Source: Chlorokybus atmophyticus (Eukaryota > Plantae > Mesostigma and Chlorokybus algae). From it: a stretch of 64,000 nt of DNA. The first letter of the stretch is position 1; every line of letters starts with the position of its first letter. The notes below the pieces were generated by a model. The model did no database searches, had not been told where the DNA came from, and worked only from the letters and a program-made list of their open reading frames with translations. The stretch is from NCBI GenBank assembly GCA_009103225.1, contig RHPI01003578.1:124001-188000 (forward strand), given 5' to 3'. The translations under genes were made by a program, and so were the position numbers. Shown here in pieces: positions 13,045-24,284 of this stretch.

Positions 13045-16000
13045 AGGAGGAGGAGGCTTCTCGGATGACGACGAGGAGCCCGGCTCGTCCGCCGGCCCGA
13101 CCGCCGACCTCCTGCGCGAGGAGGCGGGTGGTGGCGCCTGGGATGACGCCCCACAGGCCAATCTAGACCGCTTCTTCGCCAGGGTGTACCAATTCTACCA
13201 GGAGAAAGGGTTCACATGTGCAATTACATCCAGGTTGGTGTTTAAGGCTTTTCCTGTGTGTTTTGTAACTTTTCATGTGACATTGCAAGTAAGACCTGTT
13301 TGAACAATAAACTCAGCTGTATGTATGACAGCTGCACCTTGGATTAGGGTTTGTACTGTCATGTATGTCATCTTGAAGTTATGGCTAACCAGGTGTCTGT
13401 AAGACTTGGTCTAGCAACTGCTACACTGGTTTGGAATTTGGTAATTGCATGAAGCTGTGTACACTGTGTAATGCGAGAGGTGCACATATAAGTCAAACTC
13501 ACACCTGTGCAAGCGGCTTTGGAAGGTACTCTACGAGATAGCAATTGCGTAGTTGTTGCATTCTCCTTGTTATTACAGTGCCAAGGGTTACGCCATAGGG
13601 TTGATTCAAGTACGTGCTCAGCTGTGGTGTCTTTTGAGTGGACATCAGTTGCAGCGCTAGTGACTGTATATTATGTTGAGTATGCACCAAGGTGAGTTGC
13701 ATACGTTGTGCAGCACAATTGCGAGTGCACCGTAGCTGCTAACAGTAAATACAGATCAATTACACGATGAAGGTGTTTACGCTAAACGTAATTGACTCAA
13801 CTGCCAACAGTCTTATGTTCTTTTATGCATTGGCACTGCAGTTGTACTCAGTAGTCAAGAAGCTGGTGCGTTCTATCTCATGCAGGGTGCTGAACCTCAT
13901 CGCTCTGGCATTCACTGCATGGCTGAGCTTGGCGCTGCTGCTGCTTATCAACTGGAGCGCATTGCTGTCACATTGCCGCGTGTCCACGGAGACCTCTGCC
14001 GAGTCGGTGGTGGCGCCATGCCCGCTGCTGGAAGACCGTCACACGGGCGCGCCGCTGTACTACTCCTCGCCTTTCGCTCCCGAGGCCCCGCCGCTCACGC
14101 CGTGGCGGATGATTGTGATACTCTATCTCAATGCTGTTGGGTTGTTTTGGCTTTGGAGCTTCTTTAGACTTGTGTTGGATATCCGCCCGCTGATGGAGAT
14201 GTCGTGGTTCTATCGACGGCGGCTTGGCATCTGCGAGGGTGAGCTGCAGGCGGGGATTGCGTGGGCGCGTGTTGTGGAGAGGGTTGTCGAGTCCCAACGG
14301 AGACGACGGTTATGCGTGATACGTGAGCTCACTGCGCATGACATTGTTGGTCGCATTATGCGCAAGGAGAACTACCTCATTGCCATGCTCAACAAAGACG
14401 CGCTCCCCCTTGGCCTCCCCGGCCGGCGTGTGATGCTGACAAAAACCCTCGAATGGAACTTGTATTGGTGTATACTTGACGCCATGTTTGACGACAACTT
14501 TCTGCTGCGCGAGTCGTTCATCCATGACGAGGCTGGCTTGATGAGGAGATTGCGCGTAATGGGCATGCTGAACCTCATCCTCTCCCCTTTCCTGTTGGCC
14601 TCCATGTTGATATACTTCTTCCTTCGCAATGCCGAGCGCTTCTATCACCATCCCGGAAGTGTGGGCGCGCGAAGGTGGTCTGCGCACGCAGAGTGGAGGC
14701 TACGCGAGTTTAATGAGGTTCCGCACTCTTTTCGCCGCCGCCTCGCACGTGCACACCCCGCGGCCCAACACTACGTGGCGCAGTTTGCGTCCCCCTTTGC
14801 ATCAATGGTCGCCAGTTTCATCGCCTTTGTTGTTGGCGCCCTCGCGGCCGTCTTGCTCGCCCTCGCCCTCGCCGAAGAGACCCTTCTCGAGGCGGAGTTG
14901 CTGGGTCGCAACCTCGTGTGGTTTGGCGCTATCTTCGGCACCGTCCTCGCCATCAGCCGCTCTCTTGTTATAGAAGAAACCACTGCTGCACCCGAACCCG
15001 AGGCGGCCCTTCGTGCATTGGCTGTACACACACACCACTACCCAAGGCGGTGGCGGGGCAACGCTCACGCGCCAAAGGTCCGTGCCGACGTGGAGGCGAT
15101 GTTTCAGTACGGCTTTGTGATGTTTCTGCAGGAGCTTTGCTCCATTGTGCTCACGCCGTACGTGCTCCTCTTCTCCCTTCCACGCGGCGCGGGCGGGATC
15201 CTGCGCTTTGTCCGTGACTTCACCACGCACGTGGACGGCGTTGGCCACGTGTGCTCTCTCGCTGCTTTTCAACTTGATAAGCATGGCAATCGCCGCTATG
15301 GCGCACCCACAAGTGCCCCGAAGGTGCGCAGAAGCTCCCACGGCAAGCTTGAGAAGTCTCTCATTAGTTTCAAGAGCCAGTACCCGACGTGGGATCCGCC
15401 TACTGAAGCAGGGAGACAGCTCATACACAACCTGTCTGAATTCAGAGCACGCACAGAGCAGAGTTTGCACGCCACGCCCGCAGCTAGCAGTATGTTGTAC
15501 CCTCCTTATGCATATAGCACGCTCCGACCACCTGTACATTTCCCCCACGCATCCAACGCGTCGCACGCGCACGCCAACAACTCGCCAATCTGGGCCGCCC
15601 ACGGCCCGTTCTTCCAGCACCGACCAGCTCCCGCCGAAGCACACCACGCAGATGTTGGGTCTCTCATGCGCTCTCGCCTTGCATTGGACTCGCACCCTGC
15701 TCTGGACTTTGCCGCCCGCGTCGATGAAGAGCAGCAAAGCCAGCTCCTGTGGCTGGATGAGTATCACGAGAGTGTACATGCTGCTGATGTTGAGGCCGAA
15801 GCCAGGGATGTCCATATTGTTGTGCCTGAAGGCACCAATAGCCAAGACCAGTTCTCCGAGTCTCAGCAGGTACGTCATTGCGTGTGTGGTTGGTGAGTTG
15901 ATCTTTGTAGGAAAGCATAGTGGTACACTCGTCTTCACGCCAACACACAGAGACACCACCTTGCAAAGTTCTTGTACGCTGTTGTCATGTGCAACAATAT

Positions 16001-16123
16001 TGATCAATGCACTCTGTTGGGTGTTTGGGATCACGTCTCAATTGTGTTGCATGTTGTAACTCATCCTTGTGCTTGCAGCGAAGAGTTCAGTCGCACGAGA
16101 GGCATATTGAACAGAGCCATTGA
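12953..16123 (+). CDS. ATG9: Autophagy-related protein 9 (exons 12953-13233, 13886-15869, probable short last exon 16079-16123)
   Basis: NLDRFFARVYQFYQEKG, DIVGRIMRKENYLIAM, LTKTLEWNL, WRLREFNEVPHSFRRRL, VGHVCSLAAF and HGKLEKSLISFKSQYPTW are conserved ATG9 motifs. The last exon is tentative. Confidence 0.96.
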
Positions 16124-17555
16124 TGCACCGCGTGTTGTGAAGCCAGTAGTAGTTTCATGCACTTCTCCTGTGGCACATTCTTTGCAATCCTGGTAAGCAC
16201 TCCTGGGTCTGCGCATTGTCAAGTCATGTAGACTGATTTCGGCCCTTTGTGAATGTTGGCAGGAACTGCTCCACGGATTGCGCCTGTGAATTGTTTGTGT
16301 AGAGCACCTTCAGGTCTGTTGTTTGTAGATACGTATGGGGTTTCCCCTAGTTTGGTTCCTACATCTAGATTAACTGTAAGCACTTTGTGTTTAGCTTGTA
16401 CAGGATTGCACGCACGCGGCGGTTTGGCCGGCATAAGTCCCCTGCATTGTTAGACCATTGCTTCAATTTCCTTGTTGCAAGAGCTCAGTGTCTGGTGTGT
16501 GCTTTTGTATTGTTCCATGCAAGTTGACTTCACGCCAAGAGCTGCGATGCAAGTACGACCCTCCCGTATTGGCAACAGAGGACAAGTGCAGCTGTGCATC
16601 TTGCACAGCAACAATGTAGCCGTAGTGGCTGCATAGCTTGTGCAATGGGGCACAGGTCGGTGCGCAAGTCATGTAAGCCCTGGCACACATTGATGCAGCG
16701 CAGCTCCAATCACATGAAGGTGGCTGAGGCCATCAAGGAAGGTGTAGTTTGGTGAGTTACCTTTTCAGTATCATCTGCGTGCAGCAATAGTAGTACCTGT
16801 TGCCGCCGGCGTCCCGCCTCCTACTCCCGTTCATGGCGTTGGCCGTTGGCGCGCGCTTCAGCACGCTCGCTACAACAGGACTTAAGCGGTGGTCGACGAG
16901 GCACTGGCGGCGCATGAGCGAGGTACATCGGCGAAGGAGCGCGCACAGAGGGTGTACATCAGCAGCAGGGACTGGAGCGGGCCGGGGGCGTGAATGTCAT
17001 CGCCACTATACCCCTGAGTGCAGCTATTGAGCGATCTTTTGTACGGTGCGGACGCTCGTGGGTCTGCTACACTCCTCCTAGCATGGGTACAGCACTGTGT
17101 ATGTGGAGCGGCGCTGACACCCGATGGCGGGCACTGTTGCGATCTGCGGTAGGGCGTGTACGTGTTGCCACGCCTGATGGTGTGCAAGACGAGATGTTCG
17201 CCAGCATGCCAGAGGCCACATTGGCTGTCACTCGGAAGCAGTCCGAAGTCATGCCGTTGCGCCCGCAAGAGGCTTGTGGCCGATGACTAGAGCTGGTGGC
17301 CAAGCAACCAGGCTGATGTTTGGTGTCGCAATGCTTGCAGCGACTGAGCGGGTGCAGTGGCGTGCTCGGCGGAGCTGGGGAAGCACCAGAATTGCAGCTG
17401 AGTAACGGCCTCGCCCGCGGCGTGACACATTGTAATTGCTAGCAGCAGCACACAAACACTGCTTACATTACACCAAAACACGAGCACACACAAAAACAGC
17501 GTCCATGCCTACCATGTAGTGTAGAACAACTACACTACACTACACTACCGGGCTC

Positions 17556-19430
17556 TCACGCCCCCGCTGCCATGGCCACATCCGCCTCCGCCATTGGTGG
17601 CATCACCTGAATCGGGCTCCGGCGAGCGCGGCACGGCCGCCGCTCCACGCTCCAGCAGCGCCAGCCCTTGCGCTCGCTGCAGGGCGCAGGCCACCCTCTG
17701 GCGCAACAAGGCCACGCCTCCCAGACGGCGCAGTGGCAGCCCACGTGCGTACACCGTCTGCCTGGCGTACTTCGTGAGGAGGGCGCTCCAGGCGGCGCCC
17801 AGAGTCCCGTGCAACAGCAGAGACAAATGGCTGCTTGGGTGAGGAGTTCCGCCATGTGCTGCAGCTGCGTGGCGCATGGTGGCAGCGCGGTATGCGGAAC
17901 AGCAGCGCACGGGCGGCTTGACTCATGTGGTTCTGCTGGCAGAGCGTGGCTTGTGCGCAGCACCACCAACAACTCTCTAGCACAGCATATGTACAAGGTT
18001 CGGCTATGAGCTCTGTCACCATACCTAGCACAACACACAAGCACATACAGACTCACAGTACACATGTCATCGCTGCATTGTCCCGCGCGGATCACCTCAT
18101 GCCGCTGTTGTCAGCGTGACGTCCGCTTCCATGGTAAGCGGTGCTGCCATCAATGGCGCCCACCCCAGCATGGCCACCACCGCCGCTGCTCACCGCTCCA
18201 TCATCGCCCACGCGCCGGCGCAAGTTGAAGTGCACACGCCACACGCTGTCAAACTAGAGTGACGACGCCGCTGAGCCGGCGCAGTGGCAGCCCCTGACAA
18301 ACACCGCTCTTCTTGCGCACGGGTTGAGGACGTTGTGGAGGCCCTCACCCAATGTACCATGGGTCTCCGTCGCCAATGGCAAGAAGCGCAGCGGGCATAG
18401 TCGTTCAATGCTCTCCGATGCTGGAGCGCGGTACGGCGGCCGTGCCGGGCTGGGCCCAAGTACCAACACGACCTTCTGAAATCGAGTTGGATGCAGCACT
18501 CACGGCAGCAGGTGTGGCGTTGTGAATGTGTGAGTGTTTGAGTGCAGGGAGGCGTGGTTGATGCGCGATGAAGTGCGTGTGCGTGCCTTACAGTTGGTGG
18601 GAATGCGTATACAAGTGTGTACAAAAACCTAGCATTAGTTAAGCATGCACCACTCCGCCTCACGCACACTCACCATGTTTTGCACTCCACCATGCTCCAC
18701 AACCCCACATACTGACTTCAGGTGAAGACATGCCTGCCACCAACGGGCTACAACACCTTCTACTACTTTTCACCCTACCACCCGCCCTACTGTGCTACAA
18801 CAGCGTGTGTATAGGATATGTGAAGTGCTGTGTTGGTGTATGTCGTGGGTGAGTGTTGAGACTAACGTGATTGTGGATCAAGCACATATATATGTGAACA
18901 TGTACATGCAATAGTGGTTTCTGCTTGCATGTATGTGCTATCCAAGTGGTTCTGATGCAAAGAGCACGCACACACTAGGCATCAGCAAACATAACAAGCA
19001 CCCAAGCTAGCAAAAGAATCAAGACATGGGCAAGGGCAGAACCTAGCTAAGTGCAGTGTCTTAAGTGCGTGCAAAGGGCGAGGGTGGGGGCGGGTGAGCA
19101 GGCAGGGCAGGGCAAGCAAGGTAGCAGCTGGTCAAACACCACCTGTGGTCACGCAGTGACAGGTGTCAGGCTGGTAGGACGCAGCGTGATAGGACCCAAG
19201 ACACGCAACAGCAGCAGCAGCAGCAGCAACAGGGCGGAGGTAGTGCTTGGTGTGTTGTGCTGTGCCATGTATTGAGCCACAGCCACAGTGGTAGGGGCAG
19301 CACCATGCGAACACACAAACACTGCAAAGTAGAGGTTTGCTTGAGCTGGGGGCGGGGGCTGCCTTTGCAACACATTGTTTGGGAACAAAATTGTGCACAG
19401 AAGCTCAAAGGCACTGTCGCGCAACATGTC
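17556..19430 (-). CDS. Unresolved GC-rich coding-like interval; possible diverged p31comet/MAD2L1BP homolog
   Basis: FQKVVLVLGPSPARP (about 18440-18484, minus strand) resembles the plant COMET motif QKVVLILGGSPLRP as recalled, and AFELLCTILF (about 19390-19420) weakly resembles FTCELLKHIMY. No complete gene model could be built. Confidence 0.25.
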
Positions 19431-20261
19431 TAGCTGTATACGAGCCTACCAACCACGCAAAGGAATGGTACCACGACCAAAGCATGAGGCGCTGCACACA
19501 GGATCTTAGCCCTGCCTAGAGCCTGCCATCCGCAACTTCCCCCCTGCGCACAACCGCCAGGTGCCAATCAGTTCACGGCATGGTCGTGTGACTGGTAATA
19601 TCTGGCAACATGAGCACATGAGCTACACAGCATAGACACACCGCATGACTCAACACATGAAAGTGGAAAGCACCTTCAGCAACCGTGGTGATGTTATACC
19701 CCGATGCCAAGCTCGTTGGCCAAACAAACCACAACCAGCAACACACGTCAGGTTCGCATGGCAGTAGCAGGTTGACGACCGTGTGCTGGCATCGTCGCAG
19801 TGACCCGACACTGAACAAGGACAAGACACGACATTGTCGAGGAGCATAGTGGAATGGAAGCTGCCACACTGAATTGTTGCCAGCACACAATCGAGCCGGT
19901 AATGCGCCAAAAATACCTTTCCAAGAGCAAGCTAACCTTACCAGTTGTCAGTCTTGTCAGAGTCGTCACAGTTGAGGCTAAAGACTGAGATGCCGAAAGC
20001 AGTTGTCTTGTCAACACCTGCAGCAGAGCTTGTTGTCACTTGCAGTGTGAAAAAGCTCTCTTTTGTCGCGGTCTCCAAGGCACGCCATGCAAACGTGCAA
20101 CATGTCATGTCAAAACGGCCACAGTACAGTAAGCAAGCGTGTCGCAACCATCCGCACAGGACCGAGGAGGGGGGATGTGGTACACACAAAAAGGGGAAGC
20201 CAATCGTCCACCATAGCTGTTGTTGTTGTTGACTCTGAAGGTGATCTTGACGGGGGCGGCG

Positions 20262-21350
20262 ATGCCGTTAGCCATGGAGGAGGCGGCGGCAAGGAAGGCG
20301 TCTGTACGCTCGTATCTGTACGCATTGGTGCTGTCGTTGGCATGGGGAGTGGCATTGGCATGGCCCTTGGCGACACATCTGGCCTCCTCAGCCGCTGCAT
20401 GGAGGAGTATCATCCATGCATCCACTATCTCTGATGCACCAATGATGCCGACCACCACCACCACCACTCCAAGAACATTCCTGTGGACGAGGTGGACAAG
20501 ACAGCCGCCACCTGCTCCGGAGGAAGCTGTTGATGACGAAGAGTGCACCGCCGCTGTGGTCAGCAATGTCGCCCTCCTCAGCCATCACCTGGTCGGCGTT
20601 GTCCTCCTCTTCATCCTCGTCCAAGGTGCTGCCGCGGCCGCCACAGGCCCTCTTATCCACGTCATTACCAAGAAGGTCTTCCCGTACATTGCCACCTCTG
20701 CTGCCACCGCTGCTGCCAGGGTGAAGGCCGCCAGACAGGCAGCGAAACCACGTGGGCAAGTCCTGGTGAAGGTGTCTGGCGGCGCTGGCGGGGTGCGCCT
20801 CCGCCACGTGTGGAGAGCAGAGGTCTCCCTGTTTGTCCTGCGGGAGCTCGCTGGCGGCGTCGGCGTTGCAAAGGTCAAATGGCGGGAGCCTGTGGAAGGA
20901 GAGTGGCTTGAGCTTGCCACGGAGGACGACGTGGCCCATGCCCTGGCGGCTGTGCAGAGCCAATACACCAACAACAGCAGCAACAGGAGAGCATCCGTCT
21001 GCCTGCGTATCCACGTTAGCAACCCCAACATGGTTGGTGACATCGACAACCAGAGCGTGGCTGCGGAGTCTGTGGATGGTGCGGGTCTTAGCCTTGATGT
21101 TGACGGCCACACCAACTCGAACAACGACACGGATGCCAAGCACTTTGATGCAAAGATGCACCGCCTGCAAGAAATGGTGAGACTGTGCACTGTACTTGCA
21201 TGCTCGCACTCATGTGATTGTAACAACATGCATTAGCAGGGGTTTCATGACCGTGAGCTCAACGAGCAGCTGCTGGCACGCTTCCAAGGCGACATCAAGC
21301 GCGTGGTGGCCGCTCGCGAGCTTGAAACGGGTGTTCTTACGCCAGACTGA
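20262..21350 (+). CDS. Membrane-anchored PB1-UBA protein, 2 exons (20262-21176, 21240-21350)
   Basis: Two hydrophobic segments (YLYALVLSLAWGVALAWPLA; LVGVVLLFILVQGAAAAA), then a PB1-like region (VLVKVSGG ... KVKWREPVEGEWLELATEDDVAHAL). Splicing restores the UBA signature RLQEM|GFHDRELNEQLLARFQGDIKRVVAA. Confidence 0.75.
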
Positions 21351-21740
21351 TGTGTAAGCACGCAGCTGGCTGCATTGCACACTTGCACCAACCCTCCTGC
21401 ATCAAGCCAATAACAACAAGCATGCAGGCAAGCCATACTGTTGATCGCGCAACACTGGAGAGGAGCTTCCTGCTTGTAAGCCATTGCGCCATATCAGAAG
21501 TCTTGTGAAGGCTATACCTGCAAACTGCGCAAGCACACTGTACATATATAGATTTTGTGCAAGTTGAAGCACACAACATGCTGTGCAAGTAGCCAAGTAG
21601 ACAATCTGTTGACATTGTCTTTCATAACTGAATCTGTACAGTTTCAGCCAATGGACCTGTAGAAGCTGTGTACTGCAACATGCCACGATTGGTACTGGGG
21701 TATGGTTGTATGCACACAATACCAACTTGTTTCTGTCTCA

Positions 21741-24284
21741 CTACGGCCTCAACTCCCTCCCAAACAGTGCTGCAGCATTGCGCGCGCTTGAATGCAGGAC
21801 TATTTCAGCATCCACATCGCCGGCGTAGCCCTCCGCCACCTTCTCCGCGATGTACACCAGCATGGCCGGTTCATTCAGCTTTGGGCGCGGGCGAGGGGCG
21901 TTGCGGGGTATGAGGAAGGGGCTGTCGGTGTTAAGTACAAGTCGGTTCAATGGGATGGACGGGAGAAGCTGCAGCAGTTGCTTGTTGCGACGCTCGTCGC
22001 AGATCAGTCCCGTCACGCCAATGTACAGGCCCAAGGACAAGTATGCATTGAGGTCGGATGCGTTGCCTGTGAAACAATGGATGAGGGCGCTGTTCTTGAT
22101 CTGGAAAACAAACAGGAGTGAGGGTGCTTGAAACATGTTGACAACACATAAGCTGGATATGGTTGTCATCATTACCTGCTCAGCGTAGGGAGTCAAAGCC
22201 TTTATCATGCTCTCAGCCGCATTGCGCTCGTGTAGGTACAGAGGCAAGCCCAGGCGCAGGGCCAGCTTAACCTACAAGCCGCACTATCACATAAGACAAA
22301 ACATGCACAACTTAGCTGCTCACAACAAGTCAAACCATTGCAAGCGTACCTGTTCATGAAGCCAATGCAATTGAGCGTCACGGGGCGTGAAGTTGCGCTC
22401 AAAATCGAGCCCGCATTCTCCTAGCGCCACCACCACATCGGGGTTCCCTGACGCCAGATGCTCCAGCCTGGGAAGCGTGCTAGCATCGCACTCACCCACC
22501 CTGCAACACCATTGCATATAAATGCATAATCAACCCATTCCTTCATGCATGAAGCGCACGTGCCTCAATTTTACATGTGTGGATGCACGCCCACCGTGCA
22601 CGTGACCTTCGGCAAGCTCTCATCCGCTGTTCACAAGCACGCATGCACACTCTTTAACTCATACCCTTCCACAGACAAACCAGTCAACAGTTAATACCTC
22701 TTTCACGCAATCTTTGCGCAAGGGCCACCCCGCGCGTACTGGACGGCACGTCATAGCAGTTAACGACCACCTCACGCACGCCGGCGCCCGCGGCACGCGC
22801 GAGGAGGATGTCGGGAGAGGGGACGCCTTCGCGGGCAAGCTTCTCATGGACCAGGCTGGCGCCCGCGTCAAAGGACGGGACAGAGGCGTAGCGGTTGGTC
22901 GGAGGGAGGATGCTTACGGGAGAGGCTGAGGTGGCTCTGCGTGTAATGCGGTCAATTTCATCCTGGCGCCGCTGTTTATGGCGGGACGGGAGAGTGTCCA
23001 ACGAGGCTGTGGGTGCGAACCATGCACCCTTGTTCAGTAGGTGCAGGCATAGCGCGGCAGTGTTGCGAGCATCGTCCAGGCCGCTATGGTGCCGCCCCTC
23101 AAAGGCCAGGCCGGACTCCTGCAGTTTAGTGGCATTGTTGAGGGTCAAGCCCACAGCTTTCCCAAACATGCTAATGCATGCACTTGCTGCACAACACCTT
23201 AAGCATGTGGAGAAGGCCTGCAGGCGCGTGACGGGACTTGTTGTTCACGCGTCTGTAAATCTCCTTCACGTCGCACCATCGAGTCAACGAAGCGGGGGGC
23301 TGCACTTGGGACAGCGCACACTGTGCAGCACAACAACAACTATCAGCAACCATGCAGCAAGCTACTATGGCAGAAGTGCACATGTACCACCTGAAGGGGG
23401 AGCATGCGTGCGCAGTCCCAGTTGCCGCACGTGACAACCAGCACCTCCTTCTTCTCCTTCACCTTTTTATTATCAGTCTCCTCCTCTGGTTCGAGCATCC
23501 ACTGGTCCAGGAAGGCCTCGAACTGCGCGAGGACGGTGGGGAAGGTGTCAGCGGCGTCTACATCCTCCTGGCGGATGCCTGTGAGGCGTCGGCAGAAGTC
23601 CGTGAGGCGCGGCCGCAGCACCGGACACACGTAGCGCCTGAACTCATGCACCGGCGCACGCCTAGCCCCCGCGTCCACAATCACGGCAGGGAACTCTATT
23701 ATCTCCTGCACAGGCGCAATGCAGGCTAGTGCTTGAGTGCAGTAAGGCATAATGTCAGTCACTTCAGTGTACTGGAACTGTTTCAGTGCTAGGCACTAAA
23801 AGCAGGAGGTGCACACACCTGAGGGCCAAAGTTCTCGCTTTTCTCATCGCATGTGGCCTCAAAGTCTATGACGCATAGCCACCTTGCGCCCTGCAGTGCA
23901 CAAATGTTAGCACGTGCAGTAATCATGCTCTGTGTCAGTTGTACATTCATATATACCGTCTGCTATGCAACAGCTGAGTTTTTCTCTGCTAAGCAATACA
24001 AGTAGCTGCTAACAAAGAGCACGTTAAGTAATCTAACGGGTCAATGTCACGTATTATCCAAGCTGGTGGCAACACCCAGCAGCCTGAATGGTTTGCTGCT
24101 GTGCATGCAAGTGCACCTTGGTGGTCAGCTGCTGTTCCGGTGCAGCTGCATGCAGAGAGCGACTGCTGGACGACGCCACCTTGACGGCAGATCTGCAGAC
24201 AACAATCTTGGCAGGCGATGTCAACAACAACGAACGCACCGTCGCCACCGACGCTGGCGCCAACCCCGCCGCCAAGCAGGGCAT
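21741..24284 (-). CDS. Transit peptide + ERI1-type DEDDh 3'-5' exoribonuclease fused to a TatD nuclease, 9 exons, 585 aa
   Basis: Exons 24284-24117, 23890-23819, 23705-23391, 23320-23198, 23118-22698, 22626-22575, 22500-22350, 22271-22176 and 22100-21741 join in phase (total 1758 nt). ERI1 motifs: VIDFEATC, EIIEFP, LTDFCRRLTGI, TCGNWD, FEGRHHSGLDDARN. TatD motifs: FDAGASL, TVGVHPH, LGECGLDF, LHERNA, IHCFTG, NTDSPFL, RNEP-like KLNEPA. Confidence 0.9.

Noticed and set aside
14802-16059. Long ORFs overlapping ATG9 (410 aa on -, 304 aa on +)
   Set aside because: Shadow frames of GC-rich coding sequence with no recognisable motifs.
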